DNA from: Octopus bimaculoides
Lineage: Eukaryota
Assembly: GCF_001194135.2 (NCBI RefSeq)
Contig: NC_068993.1
Location: forward strand, 13,132,326 to 13,166,151
Reading direction: 5' to 3'
DNA length: 33,826 nt
A program made the translations under genes and the position numbers. Each line of letters starts with the position of its first letter. Positions within the stretch are counted from its first letter, which is position 1. This document shows positions 10,911-23,640 of the stretch, piece after piece. The notes under the pieces are model-generated. The model did no database searches. It was not told where the DNA came from and worked only from the letters and a program-made list of their open reading frames with translations.

Positions 10911-11139
10911 GCAAATATCAGAGAGAGCAGTGTCAATAAGAACACTTTATACACACACATGCGTATACACAAGTGTAAAAACATACGTACATTTTTATAT
11001 ACATACAAACATGTATGTATCACGTTTAAATCAACCTCACATAATTACCCTACTAGAGTGTCCCGTGTGAAAAAATAGCATACTGTATTTATTTAAACAT
11101 TTATTTTTGCTTTATCTAATTTGTTTCGTTGAAAAACAG

Positions 11140-11214
11140 AACCAAAAATCTCAAATTTTTCTGAAAATGTCCCACAAGCTGCTGCCTATCTCATAGCTTC
11201 TATGTACGTTTTGT
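11140..11214 (+). CDS. Candidate symmetric (phase 1-1) 75-nt exon
   Basis: CTAAT at 11116-11120, CAG at 11137-11139, donor TGT|GTAAGT at 11215. The only open frame reads (E)PKISNFSENVPQAAAYLIASMYVL. Confidence 0.27.
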
Positions 11215-11475
11215 GTAAGTGTGCGAGTGTGTGGTATAGGGAAATAAAAGATAAAAGAAAGGAAAACAGTTGAAGAAACAAATATGAAACGAAATCGTTG
11301 ATTACATAAAAAAAAATATTAAATATGCATACTTCAGAGAATTTTTGAAGTTAAAGTATTTTATAAGCTCCACCCAGTATGTATATGCACACACACACGC
11401 ACTCTCACACACATACACACGCACACACACACACAAATATGTATATGTATATTTATATATATATATATATATATT

Positions 11476-11564
11476 TATAACTTACCCATATAAACAATTG
11501 TATGTTTGGATTTACTTATATATATATATATATATAACTTACCCATATAAACAATAGTATGTTT

Positions 11565-11568
<4 letters not shown>
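11476..11568. repeat. 36-bp direct duplication within (AT)n
   Basis: TATAACTTACCCATATAAACAAT(T/A)GTATGTTTGGAT at 11476-11511 and 11533-11568, one mismatch. Confidence 0.9.
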
Positions 11569-11622
<54 letters not shown>

Positions 11623-11938
11623 ATGTATTTCCCTTGATCTCACACTCTTTCTCCTCTCTCTCACTCTTTCCCTATTCACACAGATACAACACACGCTCAT
11701 ATATATATTCATACGTTGTGTATTTATGAACGTGTATTCGTGTTTTGTATGCTATTGTATACATTTCTATCCTTACGCGTTTCTATTTGTGATTCAATAT
11801 TAGAAATATGTAAATGTGCATATTTCAACTGGCTTATATATGTTTTCCAATTTATGGTTTTGTGCACCTCTTTGAAGTTATATTCAATAAAAAAAAGTTT
11901 GTAATTTACGTATGGGCCCACCAATATCGAAGTAATGT

Positions 11939-12020
11939 TGGTCGATAATATCTACCCCAGTACTTAACTGGTTTCATATTTAAAGAAACGCGAAATGCTG
12001 AAAGGCAAGCTTCAACTCCT
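11939..12020 (-). mobile_element. Degenerate SINE family C fragment
   Basis: gtcgataatatctaccccagtacttaactgg...gaaatgctgaaaggcaag is the reverse-orientation match to 30395-30465 and matches 32221-32245. Confidence 0.6.
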
Positions 12021-12229
12021 CACATGTTCAATTCATTCACACATTTTCAATATTTTCTGCTCCTAAGCAGATCTATAAATTTTGTTATATAACTCTTGAT
12101 AGCAGAGTTTGACATATTTTATGTATTAACGCTTTCGGAGTTAACACACAGTTGGCGTAACATTTTGACTAAAGATCTTATAAACAAATGAATAATTCTC
12201 TGAAAATTGATAATATCTTGTCATTTCAG

Positions 12230-12282
12230 CAGCTACACTTGACCATACGACCATTGCCAATGTCTTAAATCAGTGCACATGA
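12230..12282 (+). CDS. Candidate terminal coding exon
   Basis: TCTTGTCATTTCAG acceptor (CAGCAG NAGNAG at 12227-12232). Phase 1 reads (S)ATLDHTTIANVLNQCT*, in frame with 11140-11214. Confidence 0.17.
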
Positions 12283-12500
12283 AAGATACAATTTGGATTC
12301 TAAGCAAATGACTGAAAGCTTCGCTGAAAAAAAAAATAGTGCACCATATACGTATGAAGAAAATACATTAGAAATGAGAGTTACCAATATTCTCACTACA
12401 TATATATGTATGTGCGATTGTGCGTCGCGTCTGTATGTGGGTGTGCGTAAATGTGTAGGTGTAAGTGAGCTTATCGATATAAATATACGTATGTGTATTT

Positions 12501-12541
<41 letters not shown>

Positions 12542-13559
12542 NNNNNNNNNNAACGCAACGGATGGATTCTTGAGTGTGTGAGAGAAAGTTCTTCTTGTCT
12601 TCACAGATAGAAACCAAAAAAAAAAAAAAAATGAATTCAGTTTGAAAAACTAAAATAGGAAGAGATAGAGAAAAATACCCGATACACCCCACCCCCACCC
12701 ATCCAATCCGCAAAAATTGTCAATGATTGTATAAACAGATCTAAAAATACATCTAAAAAAACACTGTGATGATAATTCTTTACAATTTATCTCTATTCAT
12801 TCTGGTTTTATGTATTCATTCATTCCTTTCTTTATTTCGAAAATCCTAATCTCATTCTTCTCCCCTTCTCGTGCACGATTCTCCTTCCAACAACTTGAAA
12901 TGAATTTTAGCGTGTTTTTAAATTTTATTTTGGCGTTGTTACTATGTTGATGTTTTGTTATAAATTTATTAACAAGTATTATCCAATTTAGTAGCGATAC
13001 AATAAATTTGGTAAACAATTTCATTTATTTAACCATTCCTCTCTGTCACTTTTTCTCCAACGATGTTCATTTCTCTTTGTATTTTGTGTAAGAATTAAAT
13101 AATAATAAAAAAAAACACAATGAAAGTAAGTGAGAAAGAAAGAGAGAGAGAGAACAACAACACGTTATAAAGGTATTGCTAGAATAAAGTCTATTTCTTA
13201 AAGGAGAATGGAGGTTTGATTTGGTGATGAAATTAATGTTAGTTTTCAACAACAACAGGCGTTCGCGCAGAAACAGTTGCAAAAAGAAGAAAAAATTAAA
13301 AGTATTTCTAAAAGTCAAATAAATGCACAAATGCATATTCCAAAGAGACAATATAAAAACGGGAACAAAACGAAAACAAGAAACAGGATGTGATTTTTTT
13401 TTCTCAAAAATAAAGAATTTCTAAAATAAACATAATGTTATTATTAATGAAATTAAACGTAAAAGGAAAAAAAAAAAAAAACGATTTACACTAAAAAAAG
13501 AATAAAGATATTTAAAATAAAAGTATTCGGCAGCTAGAAAAATAAAGCAGAAAACAACA

Positions 13560-13890
13560 ACAGTTATAATGTTACTGACAACAACAAAAGTGATATTGGC
13601 ACAAATAGTAACAGCAACAACAGTATTGCAGCTACTACGATTAATACTACTAATAATAACATTATTAAAATGACAACGGTGATAATACTAATAGCAATGG
13701 TAATCATAATATCTTCAAGCAGAAGCAGCTGTAGTAGTATTAGTAGTAGTAGTAGCGGTGGTGGTGGTTGTTTTGGCGGCGGAGGTACAACTATTACAAT
13801 TAATACTTCACTAACGATATTAAATAATAATAATAATAATAATAATAATAACTCCAGGTCCAAGCAGCAGGAGTAGTAGTAATAGTAGGT
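13560..13890. repeat. Compound trinucleotide low-complexity tract (CAA/TAA/TAG/GGT)
   Basis: Direct inspection. Confidence 0.9.
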
Positions 13891-14483
13891 ATTGTACACA
13901 TAATTCGGAGACAATTTCGTTAATCTTCACACACAAACTATAAAACTAAACAAACAATAACAGGATCACCAACAAAAAATATTTCTATAAAAGAGAAAAA
14001 AAAATCTGAGGATAATGTTTATAAAGTATTTTTTTATGCTTTTAAAATGTTTTTCTTTCTCTGGATTTAATTTCAAAATATTTTATTTCACTATTATATC
14101 TGAACATTTTTTAAAAAGTATATTTTGTTTCTATTTTGTTGTTTGTTTGGATAATCCTTCTTTATAATTTGGTTTATTTTATTTCAAGGTTGATTCTTAT
14201 AAATTCCATATCCAGGATACAGTAAATTAGACGATCGTCAGCAGTATTGTATGTCAAGGATGAGCAGTCTCAATTATGTTAGCATAGACTTTCTTTCAGA
14301 ACTGAAACATAACAAGGCTTGCTCACACGTTCTGGGCACAACATGGATGCAAACATGCCTACAAAGTGTTTGTATAAACCGACTTTTCCAGTTGAAGTAG
14401 ATAATTTTGTACATGTAATAAGTACATATCTAAGTTGTATGAGTTCGCTGATATATGTGTGCATGTGTTTATGTGTGTGTGCG

Positions 14484-14549
<66 letters not shown>

Positions 14550-14709
14550 TGCGTGTGCAATACAGGTCTGTTAGCCACGAATTTCTCATTGTTGAAACTG
14601 TGTAGTAATGGACGGGTAACAAAGGTATTATACACATATTGTCTACTAAAATGAAGACTTTGCTTGTTCTTCGATATTATCATACGTTGATGCACATGGC
14701 ATTACGCAC

Positions 14710-14741
<32 letters not shown>

Positions 14742-14754
<13 letters not shown>

Positions 14755-15256
14755 AAATGCCCTGATGCAGTGCCAGGCAGTGGCTTTCATGGCTTCTCAG
14801 CTTAACTGATTTGAAGTGTTATGTACATTCTTTTGTTTTGGTATAAAAGATGGGTTACTGCACGCATTCTGCTCAATATTACGGGTTTGCTTGTCAGTTG
14901 TTTGACCGTAACCAGTTGAGCATGTTCTTTAGTGGCTGACGATATGTGCATCTCTGACCATGAGCAGAAATAGTGGGGGAGCATCATAGCCATGTGATGA
15001 AATGAATTCTTTGGGGTTTGGATAATTCACCTCTGGAAACATGGGTGTTTCGTTCAACATTATTAAACAACCCTTATTCATGGAACTTTTGAACGGGATG
15101 GGCTACTGGACCAAAAGAAAATTCTAAGTGGACCCCACCTGCAAGGTCATGTGCTGTTTCTCTTGATATGAAATGACCATATCACGCACATATGGTTGTG
15201 ATGTATGTGCCTGGTGTACCCTTATCAGACGGGTTGGCATGATGGGTATACTGGCC
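14742..15256 (+). mobile_element. Longer copy of the (AAT)n-associated element, 3'-truncated
   Basis: Starts directly after (AAT)n at 14710-14741. Its 3' 210 bp is the inverted match of 5241-5447. Confidence 0.85.
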
Positions 15257-15594
15257 TTAGATTAACTGTATCATGATCTGATCTTCAATTAACAAGATCG
15301 ACAACAACGAAATTATAAGTCCTTATGATTCAGGCACCAAGCGGTGTACCCTGGTAGAAGGTAGAGCCGATATAATCTAGCGTCTCTGTTCATAGATGAG
15401 TACTTGTTTTATCGATCTCGGGATAGGAAAGGCAAAATCGACTCCCCATAATATTTGGATTAATAAGAAAAATAATGGTAGCATGGATATCGCCATACAT
15501 TTTATTGCATTGTCTATTGATTCTGATATACAATTAGCAACAATAGAAATAAATGATTACCTTTATCTTGATATTGTAGATCATCCTTATCGTA

Positions 15595-16010
15595 TCACAT
15601 CATCATCATCATCAGTGTCGCCATTCTCATTATCGTCGTCTTCATCACCACTATCATAATTCTTATCCATCTCGACATTATCTTTGAACGGAGGGCTTTT
15701 AATTCGACATCTGCTGCAGTCGTCGTCTTCCATTGACCATCATCATCATCATCATCATCATAACCATCATCATCATCATCATCATCATCATCACCATCAT
15801 TGTAATCGTCGCTATTTTTTATTATTGTCGCTTTCCTCATCGTTGTCGTCATTATAATCATATTCATCATCAATATCATTAGTAGGAATGCTCACTTCGA
15901 CCTTCTCAGCATCGCTTTGCCTTTTTTAGACATGTTTTTTTTTTAATCGACAAGAGTCGACATCATCATCATCACCACTGTCATCACCTTCATCAACATC
16001 AACCTCCTCT
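15595..16010. repeat. Compound (CAT/CGT/CAC)n trinucleotide tract
   Basis: Direct inspection; this tract is the source of the poly-D ORF on the minus strand. Confidence 0.9.
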
Positions 16011-16419
16011 TCAGAACAATGTTCCACGCATACCCACTTAAACCTGACCAACCAACAATAGTAATTTTCGGTTAATTTGCTTTACTCATTTTTTCTTCTT
16101 TTTTTCCCCTATAAAGAGAAAGTTGTTTTCTTGTTTCTGTCATCCGTTTTAACAAACAAACAAAAAAGTATTACAAATTAAATCACGGAATGCAATGTCT
16201 CAAGAGTAGAAAACACCAATTATTCACCGAAACAAGATTTTGTTCGGTATTGTTATCAGTACTAGTCGAAGCGCTCGGTCAGGGTACAATGGAGATTTTT
16301 TTCTGCCATCCTTTTCTGATGCAGAGTTCAGCTTTTATCATTTCAGCTGGTTACATAGGGTGAAGGAGGGAGACACCAAATAAAACCGGTAAATTAGACG
16401 CATACACACTCACACACAC

Positions 16420-16699
16420 GTATGTGTATATGTATATATATTTATAAATGTGTATGTGTATGTATAGTTATATATATATGTGTGCATATGTACAGCTATA
16501 TATATATATATATATATATNNNNNNNNNNNNNNNNNNNNNNNNNNNNNNNNNNNNNNNNNNNNNNNNNNNNNNNNNNNNNNNNNNNNNNNNNNNNNNNNN
16601 NNNNNNNNNNNNNNNNNNNNNNNNNNNNNNNNNNNNNNNNNNNNNNNNNNNNNNNNNNNNNNNNNNNNNNNNNNNNNNNNNNNNNNNNNNNNNNNNNNN

Positions 16700-16740
<41 letters not shown>

Positions 16741-16888
16741 GCGTATATATATGCATATATATATATGGTTATTTATATATATACGTATGTATGTATATGC
16801 ATATGTATATATATTATATGGGAATATGTACATGTATATATGTGTATACATATGTATATATACATGCATATGAACATATGTGTATATG

Positions 16889-16925
<37 letters not shown>

Positions 16926-17090
16926 ATGTGTATATGCATATATATGTATGCATATATATCTATATATATGTATATATGCATATATATGTGGGTGTATGTG
17001 TATGTGTGTATGTAGAAGTATAAATGTACATGGATATACGTATCTGGATAAATGCACACACGTGAGTGTATGTATGTACGTATGTATAAT
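16420..17090. repeat. Large (AT)/(GT)/(ATGT) compound microsatellite with internal gap
   Basis: Direct inspection. Confidence 0.97.
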
Positions 17091-18363
17091 ATTCCAGTAT
17101 AAATAACTAATTAAACGTATTGCCTTGAAATCTGAAGTAGACGATATTAAATCAGCTCTGAAGTTTCACATTCTTTAATTGAGGAGATCTACTGCTAGGA
17201 AAAAGAAATACAATGGAAACCATATATACATGTGTGTGTGTGTGTGTGTGTGTAACAATTTAAAGAGAAAGACATTAAGATAGATTGAGAAAAAGAACAA
17301 AATAAAAGAGTTAAAAAAGAACGTAGAAAATAAGAGAAAGAAACTGAACATTGAAGAAAATGTAAAGAATATTGTGAGGGAAATTTAAAAATAAAAAATC
17401 TTAATGATAATTTGCAGGAGTAGCAAAGGAAAAGACAAGAAGAAAAATCTAAAAAATTATTTTAAATATATACAAATACAAAGAAATGAATAAAGGAAAT
17501 AAAACTGAAAGAAGAGAACTATTTTAAAAAACGTAAGACAGCCTAAAAAAAAGAATCACATAAATGATGTTCTTAGTGAGAGAATAAATACAAGGAAGAA
17601 AAATACACATTACATAAATGAACGAAAGAACATTCTAGAGAGGAAATCAACAAAGACCAAGTTTGTCAGCCATTTTGTTTCACTTTTCGATTGTCATTTC
17701 TCGTTTCGTTTACATAAAATTTCATATCATGAACTTTGCTCTATTTTCCGCCATCTCTTCATTTTTCATTCTCCCTCTTTCCCTCTCTTTCTTAGNNNNN
17801 NNNNNNNNNNNNNNNNNNNNNNNNNNNNNNNNNNNNNNNNNNNNNNNNNNNNNNNNNNNNNNNNNNNNNNNNNNNNNNNNNNNNNNNNNNNNNNNNNNNN
17901 NNNNNNNNNNNNNNNNNNNNNNNNNNNNNNNNNNNNNNNNNNNNNNNNNNNNNNNNNNNNNNNNNNNNNNNNNNNNNNNNNNNNNNNNNNNNNNNNNNNN
18001 NNNNNNNNNNNNNNNNNNNNNNNNNNNNNNNNNNNNNNNNNNNNNNNNNNNNNNNNNNNNNNNNNNNNNNNNNNNNNNNNNNNNNNNNNNNNNNNNNNNN
18101 NNNNNNNNNNNNNNNNNNNNNNNNNNNNNNNNNNNNNNNNNNNNNNNNNNNNNNNNNNNNNNNNNNNNNNNNNNNNNNNNNNNNNNNNNNNNNNNNNNNN
18201 NNNNNNNNNNNNNNNNNNNNNNNNNNNNNNNNNNNNNNNNNNNNNNNNNNNNNNNNNNNNNNNNNNNNNNNNNNNNNNNNNNNNNNNNNNNNNNNNNNNN
18301 NNNNNNNNNNNNNNNNNNNNNNNNNNNNNNNNNNNNNNNNNNNNNNNNNNNNNNNNNNNNNNN

Positions 18364-18407
<44 letters not shown>

Positions 18408-19701
18408 TGTGCAGAAGAAATGGGAGATTAAATGCTATTCTGAAATAGGTTAATGGCGTAATGTATGTGAAATTACTTTAACAAGGATTGAACGCTGATA
18501 ATTTTTTACGAACATACGTATTTAATTGATTTTTCTCTACCCATCTAGTCCCACGTGATGCATATACGTTGAGTAATAATAATGCATCTGTTGGTTAATC
18601 ATGATTATTAAAGTGACTATGTACCTGCAGTATTGATCACTTGCTTGAAAAAAAAATAATAGTAACGGTAAGACTTAAAAATGAAACAAAATCTAGCTAA
18701 AAGAGAATAAAAATCTAACCTTACTTCTGTAATCCTTGCAAATAAAAAATAATGATTTAATCAAAGAACAACGGGATTTTTTTACCATTATCTGTGAGGA
18801 AAGTATTAAAACATTTTAAAGATACATTTTATCCTGCTAAAATGATATTTGCAAAACCACGAAGCACGACTGTCATATCTAATTATTTTCGTACTTTCGG
18901 TTTCGTGTGTTTCGTCAAGAAGATTAAGAAGTATCTTTCAAACAGAAAACATCTTCAAACGCTAATAGTTGATTTAATAAGCAAGTTATTATTTTACACG
19001 TGTTCGGGAATACTTTTGTTCGAAGTATTTTTAAGAACGATATACTTACAGACAATAAAAAATAAAAACACTAAACATTGAGCTGGTGCGTTTTTCTCTT
19101 AACTATCAAAAGAAAAGTAAAAAATAAGAAAAAGCTCGTCAAACACTATTCTCTCGACAATTGATATTTGTAATTAACAGAAAAGTTTTGTGTGCATAAG
19201 AAACAATACATAAAACGAAAGACACTACTTGCCCTTTCGAAAGAAAAAATAAGATTCATTCAGATATGTGTAGTTGGAAATGATGAAACATTTTCCTAAG
19301 ACAGCCATGCAGTATTTCACAGGTGTTTCGTTTTTTACTCATGTAAAACGATTTTGAACTGTTTAACACTATATAATATATCTAGTTGCTTCAATAGTTA
19401 GAGTGGTGTGATTTTGGCCCAATGAACGGAGATTTGTATAAGTCAATGGAAAAAAAAAACTGACAAACATAAGAAATCTCGGTAGCTTATTCCGATTATT
19501 TATTCCAAACTATAAACCACAGGATATAAATTGTTACTCCCAGTCGTTATCCTTAGTGAAAGATTGTATATTGTTTGCAGAAATGGGCAGCAAACGCAAA
19601 CACTCCTATAATAACCGAGACTATAATAGGTGCCATAATATCCATTGATCTCTCTACCTTGGTCCCTGATTCTATATTTTATTTCTTCCCCACACTCTCT
19701 C

Positions 19702-19736
<35 letters not shown>

Positions 19737-20350
19737 NNNNNNNNNNNNNNNNNNNNNNNNNNNNNNNNNNNNNNNNNNNNNNNNNNNNNNNNNNNNNNNN
19801 NNNNNNNNNNNNNNNNNNNNNNNNNNNNNNNNNNNNNNNNNNNNNNNNNNNNNNNNNNNNNNNNNNNNNNNNNNNNNNNNNNNNNNNNNNNNNNNNNNNN
19901 NNNNNNNNNNNNNNNNNNNNNNNNNNNNNNNNNNNNNNNNNNNNNNNNNNNNNNNNNNNNNNNNNNNNNNNNNNNNNNNNNNNNNNNNNNNNNNNNNNNN
20001 NNNNNNNNNNNNNNNNNNNNNNNNNNNNNNNNNNNNNNNNNNNNNNNNNNNNNNNNNNNNNNNNNNNNNNNNNNNNNNNNNNNNNNNNNNNNNNNNNNNN
20101 NNNNNNNNNNNNNNNNNNNNNNNNNNNNNNNNNNNNNNNNNNNNNNNNNNNNNNNNNNNNNNNNNNNNNNNNNNNNNNNNNNNNNNNNNNNNNNNNNNNN
20201 NNNNNNNNNNNNNNNNNNNNNNNNNNNNNNNNNNNNNNNNNNNNNNNNNNNNNNNNNNNNNNNNNNNNNNNNNNNNNNNNNNNNNNNNNNNNNNNNNNNN
20301 NNNNNNNNNNNNNNNNNNNNNNNNNNNNNNNNNNNNNNNNNNNNATATAT

Positions 20351-20518
20351 ACGACGGGCTTCTTTCAGTTTCCATCTACCAAATCCACTCACAAGGCTTT
20401 GGTTGGCCCGAGGCTATAGTAGAAGACACTTGCCCAAGGTGCCACGCAATGGGACTGAACCCGGAACCATGTGGTTGGAAAAGCAGGCTACTTACCACAC
20501 ACCCACTCCTACGCCTAT
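20351..20518 (-). mobile_element. SINE family A 5' half (well preserved)
   Basis: Reverse complement reads TAGGCGTAGGAGTGGGTGTGTGGTAAG...GGTTCCGGGTTCAGTCCCATTGCGTGGCACCTTGGGCAAGTGTCTTCTACTATAGCCTCGGG. The 3' half may lie in the adjacent gap. Confidence 0.92.
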
Positions 20519-21214
20519 GGTATATTAATTTTTGCCTAACGGGAGTGTATATGTGTGTGTGTGCGTGTCTGTCTGTCTGTTTGTCTGTCTGTGAAGTACC
20601 CGGTGACAGTTCTGTACAGTGTCATCACTTCTATATGTAGCAAATTTCAACCGTATTCAGTTTTACTTATCATCCTTTATTAAATCAATCATTATTGTAG
20701 GATTAGTTTTAATAGCTTTTTTTACCAGTAGTTGATATTGTTGTACTTTCTCCATTGATCGAGCAGACTTGAACAAATGCATTTAAACCATGACTTGTGT
20801 ATTTTTTTTTTTAATTCATTTATGATTTATGTGTCCTTGACATCATTAAGACACTGGTGTCGAGAAACCATGTTAAGGCTTTCTAGTTGACTGGTCAATC
20901 ATTGATATTGTAAAACTAAGATAATAGAAACGCCGCGCTCTTGCTTTATAAGTTTGTGAAATACAAAGTGAAAAATACATGCATAGATAGATAATTTGAT
21001 GGATAAAGAGACACAGATAGGTACAGACAGACTTAGATGGCTAGAGAGATAGAGAGATAAAGAGAGTGTTTGTGTTAGATGGAGAGACGTATGAATGAAA
21101 CAAACAAAAGATTAAATGAAGTAAGTATGGGTTAGCGTTACATGAGTGTGAACGAGAGGATGAAATTAAGGTCACAAGAGCTTTCCTTGTTTGAATGTCA
21201 GCTATGGTCTCTTT

Positions 21215-21217
21215 CTC

Positions 21218-21271
<54 letters not shown>
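21215..21271. repeat. (CT)n microsatellite
   Basis: Direct inspection; it runs into a gap. Confidence 0.98.
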
Positions 21272-21684
21272 NNNNNNNNNNNNNNNNNNNNNNNNNNNNN
21301 NNNNNNNNNNNNNNNNNNNNNNNNNNNNNNNNNNNNNNNNNNNNNNNNNNNNNNNNNNNNNNNNNNNNNNNNNNNNNNNNNNNNNNNNNNNNNNNNNNNN
21401 NNNNNNNNNNNNNNNNNNNNNNNNNNNNNNNNNNNNNNNNNNNNNNNNNNNNNNNNNNNNNNNNNNNNNNNNNNNNNNNNNNNNNNNNNNNNNNNNNNNN
21501 NNNNNNNNNNNNNNNNNNNNNNNNNNNNNNNNNNNNNNNNNNNNNNNNNNNNNNNNNNNNNNNNNNGGAATAGAAATAATCTGGAACATGAATACTTGTG
21601 GAAACAATGGACGGCGTGGTTGTGGTTCTGATTGTGGTATTTGTGGTTGTTGTTGTTGTTTTTCGGTTATTCGTTAAACAGCTG

Positions 21685-21732
<48 letters not shown>

Positions 21733-21734
<2 letters not shown>

Positions 21735-21900
21735 ACTTGTTTCAGTCACAATTCTAGGGTCATGCTGTAACACTGCTTTGAAGGGTTTAGTCGAACGAAT
21801 TAACCCCCCAGTACTTATTTTTTTTTTCAAAGCCTGATACTTATTCGATCGGTCTCTTATGCCGAACCGCTAATGTTCCGAAGTTGTAAACAAATCAAGA
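21733..21900 (-). mobile_element. SINE family A 3' part
   Basis: ttacttgtttcagtc...catgctg...tagtcgaacg...cagtacttatt...gccgaaccgctaa parallels 698-870. Confidence 0.8.
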
Positions 21901-22029
21901 ATTCCTTTCATCCCTTTAATTCCACCGAAGTTCACAAAGTATATACGCGCAAGTACGTGGATTGATATAACTGACTAAGCCCCTCCTCTCAAAATTAGTG
22001 AACTTGTACCTAAATGAGGAACCGTGACA

Positions 22030-22395
22030 ATTACTATCATCATTAACATTGCTGAATAATGGTAATGTTGTTGTTGTTGGTGGTGGTATCGATGGTGGCA
22101 ACGACAACGAGGATGATGGTGTTCATGATGATGATGATGTCAATGTGGCCCACGATGATAACGACAGCAAAATACACAACGACTATTATGACAATTGGTA
22201 TGACGACGTAAAGTCTACTATAAGTGTCAAGAAGAAAAAAAATTGTTAAAGTCATGGCGATGAGAAAACACATATTGAACATATTGAAGAAAGAAAAAAA
22301 AACACCTTAATCAGCATATAATCATCATGATTTACGTCAGTATCTGTATCCTCCTTATCATCGTCATCATTTTCGTCATTCTCGTCATCATCTGT
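22030..22395. repeat. Compound trinucleotide tract (GTT/GGT/GAT/CAT)
   Basis: Direct inspection. Confidence 0.85.
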
Positions 22396-23351
22396 CACAT
22401 ACTCAATTGTGTGGTTGCAACTGAAAATGTTCCTATTGTATTTGAAAACAATACGGCTGCCTGTGGGGTTGGTGAAGTAGCATATGTGAATATATATTCG
22501 TATATATATATATATGTATGTGTATGTGTGTAGGTGCCTTTGTACATGGATGTGTATGTATGATTGCTTAGGTGTGGTGCGTGTGTTTTGTGATCATGTG
22601 ATTCATGTATATATGTATGTGTATATGTATGTACGTATGGATGGATGTGTGTGTGTATGTGTGCATGCGTTTGCGTGTATATTAAGCTTATACATATGCG
22701 CAAACACACGTACGCATTTATGTATCTGTGTGCATGTGTATTTATGTGAAAGTATAATGATATATATATATATATATATATATATGCGTGTATATCTATG
22801 TACATATATATATGCATATATATATATATATATATCCACACATACGTACAGATATATATGTACGTGTATATATATGCACACACATGCGCAATGCGTGTTG
22901 GCCTGTCGAGGCTTTTTTTACATGTCCATGTCCCTATGAGCGTAGATGCGTGTGTGCGTGTGTGTGTTTGTGTGTGTGTGTGTGTGTGCGTGTGTGGTTT
23001 TAAATATGGCGAGTGAGTAAGTGTGCACGTGTGTGATATGAATAGCCAAGCGGGGGGGGGGGTATTTCACATCTTTCAGGTCAGAGGTGACAGGAGATTT
23101 TTAAAACACACCGCTGCCAACGACAGAACGAACAAAGACTCATTCACGCAATATTTACTTACATTCACACGCGCGTGTGTCCACATACATAATTCACTCG
23201 CACACTCACACACGCACACCCACACACACACACACACACCCACACACACTTACACACATACGCCTACGCGCTGACACTTACACTCACATTAACATGTACA
23301 CACAAGCAATCTATAGATACACGCATACAATATATATATGTATGTATATAC

Positions 23352-23425
<74 letters not shown>

Positions 23426-23640
23426 NNNNNNNNNNNNNNNNNNNNNNNNNNNNNNNNNNNNNNNNNNNNNNNNNNNNNNNNNNNNNNNNNNNNNNNNNNN
23501 NNNNNNNNNNNNNNNNNNNNNNNNNNNNNNNNNNNNNNNNNNNNNNNNNNNNNNNNNNNNNNNNNNNNNNNNNNNNNNNNNNNNNNNNNNNNNNNNNNNN
23601 NNNNNNNNNNNNNNNNNNNNNNNNNNNNNNNNNNNNNNTA

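Noticed and set aside
14216-14400. About 61-codon open frame GYSKLDDRQQYCMSRMSSLNYVSIDFLSELKHNKACSHVLGTTWMQTCLQSVCINRLFQLK*
   Set aside because: Several conflicting splice options; joining to exon 11140-11214 creates a TGA; no homology recognised.
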